This document shows, in pieces, positions 61,685 through 64,000 of a DNA stretch of 64,000 bases. The notes beneath the pieces are model-generated. The model was given only the letters and a program-made list of their open reading frames with translations. It did not search any database and had not been told where the DNA came from. This stretch comes from an uncultured Coriobacteriaceae bacterium (GTDB lineage Bacteria; Actinomycetota; Coriobacteriia; Coriobacteriales; UMGS124), in the NCBI GenBank assembly GCA_900539345.1, contig UQBS01000002.1:15723-79722 (forward strand). The letters are read 5' to 3'. How positions within the stretch are numbered: the first letter of the stretch is position 1; the number at the start of each line of letters is the position of its first letter. Both the position numbers and the translations under genes were made by a program.

Positions 61685-63808
61685 TTACTCGGATTGCGCC
61701 TGTGCGTCGGAGTCGGGTGTCTTGCGCGTGCGTGTGCGGCGTGCGCGCGGCTTGGCAGGCGCAGGGTTGTCTGAGCCGACATCCTGAGTGACAGATACGG
61801 CCTCGGCAATTGCAGTCTCAGCCGATGCAGGGGCTTGCGAGGTCTCGGTCTTAACCTCGGCGGGAGCTTCCTTTGCCTTGGAGCGTGAGCGTGTCCTGGT
61901 GCGCTTGGGCTTGGGGGCGGTGTCGGCCTTGCTCGTAGGGGCGCTATCCGAAACGGGAGCGGGCTGATGGTCGGCCGCAATGTCGTTCTGCGGCTTGATT
62001 GCAGGGGTGCGCGCGGCGGCATGGGCAGGCTCATCTGTGCGCTTCGGTACATCTGAACTGGCAGTATCAATCGGCGTGGCCTCGGTCCTGTCCTTGGTCA
62101 CATCGCCCTTTTGGTCGTCGGCGGACCGCTCTTGCTTGGACTTCGCGGGGCCATGCGCAGTTTTCTTGGCGGCCTTCTGACGGCGTTCCCGCGCCGTGAT
62201 AACGACAGGCTCTGCCGCGGGTTCCGTGCTGGGAGTGGCGGAGAAGGAGACGGGGGCATCGACAGTAGACTTCCCGTCACTGGGTATGACCTCGCTACCA
62301 GTAGCGGGAAAATCGGCACGTCCTTCTTGGGCGCTTGTCTCTGCCAGGGAAGTCGTCTTTTGGACGTCCTCCTTGGTTGCTTGTGCTTGCTTGTCGCCCT
62401 GTGTGTTTGCCTGGTTCTTGGGCTTGCGGCTCCTACGGCGAGACTTGGGAGAAGTCTTGGAGTCCGAGGAATCCTTTTCATCCGTCTGGTCGACAGGGGA
62501 GGCACCTGCAATCGCAGGTAAAGAATCTTTCTCGGCAGCCTCATTGGAGGAGTTTGCTTTCTCCGCCGCGGTCGTATTGCTTGTCTCAGAAGCCGCTGTG
62601 CTGGCCTCGGCCGTGGTGCTTGCCTCTTGCTTCTGTTCGCTCTCAGTCGATGTATCTATCGGTGTCGCGCCTGCGACATCAGCCACTTGCGTTGCATCCG
62701 TCGCGTTCTTCGTGTCGTCCGTTTGTACTGCATCTGCCAGGTTTTCTGCCTGAGTTTTTTCCGGCGCACTCTCCTTGGCATCGGCTGCCTTGCGTGCGGC
62801 GCGGGAGCGGCGCCTGCGGGCAGAGCGCGACAGCGCACGTGGCTGCTCGGTGTTGTCGCTCGCGGTTTCTTCGATGTCAGCGGCGGGGCCGTCCGCCTCG
62901 GCGTTCGCATCGGGCGCGTCGTCTGCCGTGCCATCGTCGGCCACATCCAGCCCCGCGCCATCCGCAGCAAGAGACTCGACATCTACCATCTTGTCTGCCT
63001 GGGTCTCACCGTTCGAGCCAAACGCGCCCGCAACCTCCTCCATGCCCGTCGGCATCATGCGGAAGGCGCTTGCGATGTTGTTGGCTGCGTTGTATTCGAC
63101 GTGGGCGCGCAGGTCGTTTGCGATCTGGGCCATCTGGTTTGCCAGCTCGGGCAGGCCGAACGAAAAGCCCAGGTGGATGATACCGTCGGCGTACCCCTTG
63201 CGCAAAAACTCGTTGCAGGGCGAGTCGGAAAGCGACAGCGCGGTGCGGTAGATGTTGCTGAACAGGTCGGCCACCTGCACGCCGGCAGAGTACTTGGAGT
63301 CCATATAGCGAATCTGCAGGTCGCTTATGAGCGGCTCTTCGCGGTGCATGAGGACGTTGCCGATGCTTTCGCACACCATGTCCTCGAAGCTTTCGCGAAT
63401 GCCGCCGCGCATGTCGAGCGACAGGCGATAGGCGCCGCCCCGGGGCAGCTCGTCGCGCTCCAGGTAATAGGCCATGGCCTGGGCAATCATCGAGTCGTAG
63501 AGCAGCTCTTTGTCAAGCTTGCGCTCGCAGGCGTTCGCCGCTGCCGGGTCGATGGTGAGCAGGTAGATCTCGAGGTCGTTGTGCTCGAGGATCGTTTTTG
63601 CCAGGGCGAGCTTCTGGGCGGTTTTCATCTGCGAGGCCTTAATCTCGGCCTGTGTGGTCTTGTTGCGTGCGATGCAGCCTTCGAGTTTTGCCAGGTCGTT
63701 GACGAGCACCATCGCCATGGTAAAGACCTCGTCGCCGAAGCCCAGCGTGCCCGACTCGTCCAGGTACAGGCGCAGCTGCGCCGCCGAAGTGGCGGGGAAG
63801 AACATCAT
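61685..63808 (-). CDS. DUF3800-like N-terminal domain protein with a ~400-aa low-complexity C-terminal tail
   Basis: N-terminus LYLDESGTLGF...F.MA.V resembles the DUF3800 signature (DESG). Residues after about 330 are A/T/E/K/S/P-rich with no TM. Start trimmed to the ATG at 63808. Confidence 0.6.
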   Translation of the reverse strand: MMFFPATSAAQLRLYLDESGTLGFGDEVFTMAMVLVNDLAKLEGCIARNKTTQAEIKASQMKTAQKLALAKTILEHNDLEIYLLTIDPAAANACERKLDKELLYDSMIAQAMAYYLERDELPRGGAYRLSLDMRGGIRESFEDMVCESIGNVLMHREEPLISDLQIRYMDSKYSAGVQVADLFSNIYRTALSLSDSPCNEFLRKGYADGIIHLGFSFGLPELANQMAQIANDLRAHVEYNAANNIASAFRMMPTGMEEVAGAFGSNGETQADKMVDVESLAADGAGLDVADDGTADDAPDANAEADGPAADIEETASDNTEQPRALSRSARRRRSRAARKAADAKESAPEKTQAENLADAVQTDDTKNATDATQVADVAGATPIDTSTESEQKQEASTTAEASTAASETSNTTAAEKANSSNEAAEKDSLPAIAGASPVDQTDEKDSSDSKTSPKSRRRSRKPKNQANTQGDKQAQATKEDVQKTTSLAETSAQEGRADFPATGSEVIPSDGKSTVDAPVSFSATPSTEPAAEPVVITARERRQKAAKKTAHGPAKSKQERSADDQKGDVTKDRTEATPIDTASSDVPKRTDEPAHAAARTPAIKPQNDIAADHQPAPVSDSAPTSKADTAPKPKRTRTRSRSKAKEAPAEVKTETSQAPASAETAIAEAVSVTQDVGSDNPAPAKPRARRTRTRKTPDSDAQAQSE

Positions 63809-64000
63809 GATATGCCTTTCTGCGTACAGCCTCGCAGGTAAACGGTGGCAACGCAGCATCCGAACCGCCATGGTGTCGGGAGCCTTGCCTGGTCGGGGCG
63901 TCGAGCCCGGCGGCCATCCGTGCGAGGGCGGATGCGGGAAACTATAGCACGCCGCTTTCGAATCTGCGTGTCGCTCAAGCGCAGTCACACTGTGCGGCAG

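Noticed and set aside
62100-63850. Plus-strand ORFs (185, 281 and 404 aa) opposite the DUF3800-like gene tail
   Set aside because: They are antisense to a continuous minus-strand ORF whose N-terminal domain is recognisable. The composition-driven open frames show no motifs.

Overview
This is a GC-rich, gene-dense chromosomal segment. Its gene content looks Coriobacteriia/Eggerthellaceae-like: a Tat-exported flavinylated reductase paired with a membrane LuxR regulator, NfnAB-type oxidoreductase, hypA and a dlt operon. This taxon call is inference only. All protein calls come from motif recognition in the supplied translations; no searches were run.

Most of the window is housekeeping:
- Six tRNAs: Gln, Leu, initiator-like Met, Val and Ala.
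- glmU-prs-pth, asnS, rsmD, rdgB, dtd, gdhA, trmO, trmB and addAB.
- An FMN riboswitch followed by ribU and ecfA1A2T.

Accessory or interesting parts:
1. A complete dltABCD operon followed by a 54-aa dltX-like gene ending in FIYNQF. It is extended by a transglutaminase-like protein and a GT8 glycosyltransferase.
2. At least three families of structured intergenic repeats:
   - Family A is a roughly 100-nt nested hairpin with compensatory stem changes, present as tandem arrays at three loci that punctuate the dlt/GT8 string.
   - Family B is a promoter-fronted array of five modules, each a CCTCCCTCTCCTTG tract plus a hairpin with a UCCC loop.
   - Family C is a pair of long palindromic elements after pspA.
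3. A flavoprotein reductase with its sensor regulator.
4. A RelE/ParE toxin-antitoxin pair lying next to a truncated reductase gene.
5. An HD / membrane protein / TPM-like / PspA cluster.
6. A DUF3800-like protein with a very long disordered tail.

No cas genes, integrase, transposase, reverse transcriptase or phage genes were seen. Many long ORFs in the track are antisense 'shadow' ORFs typical of high-GC DNA and were rejected. The best candidates for something undescribed are the two structured repeat systems (families B and A).
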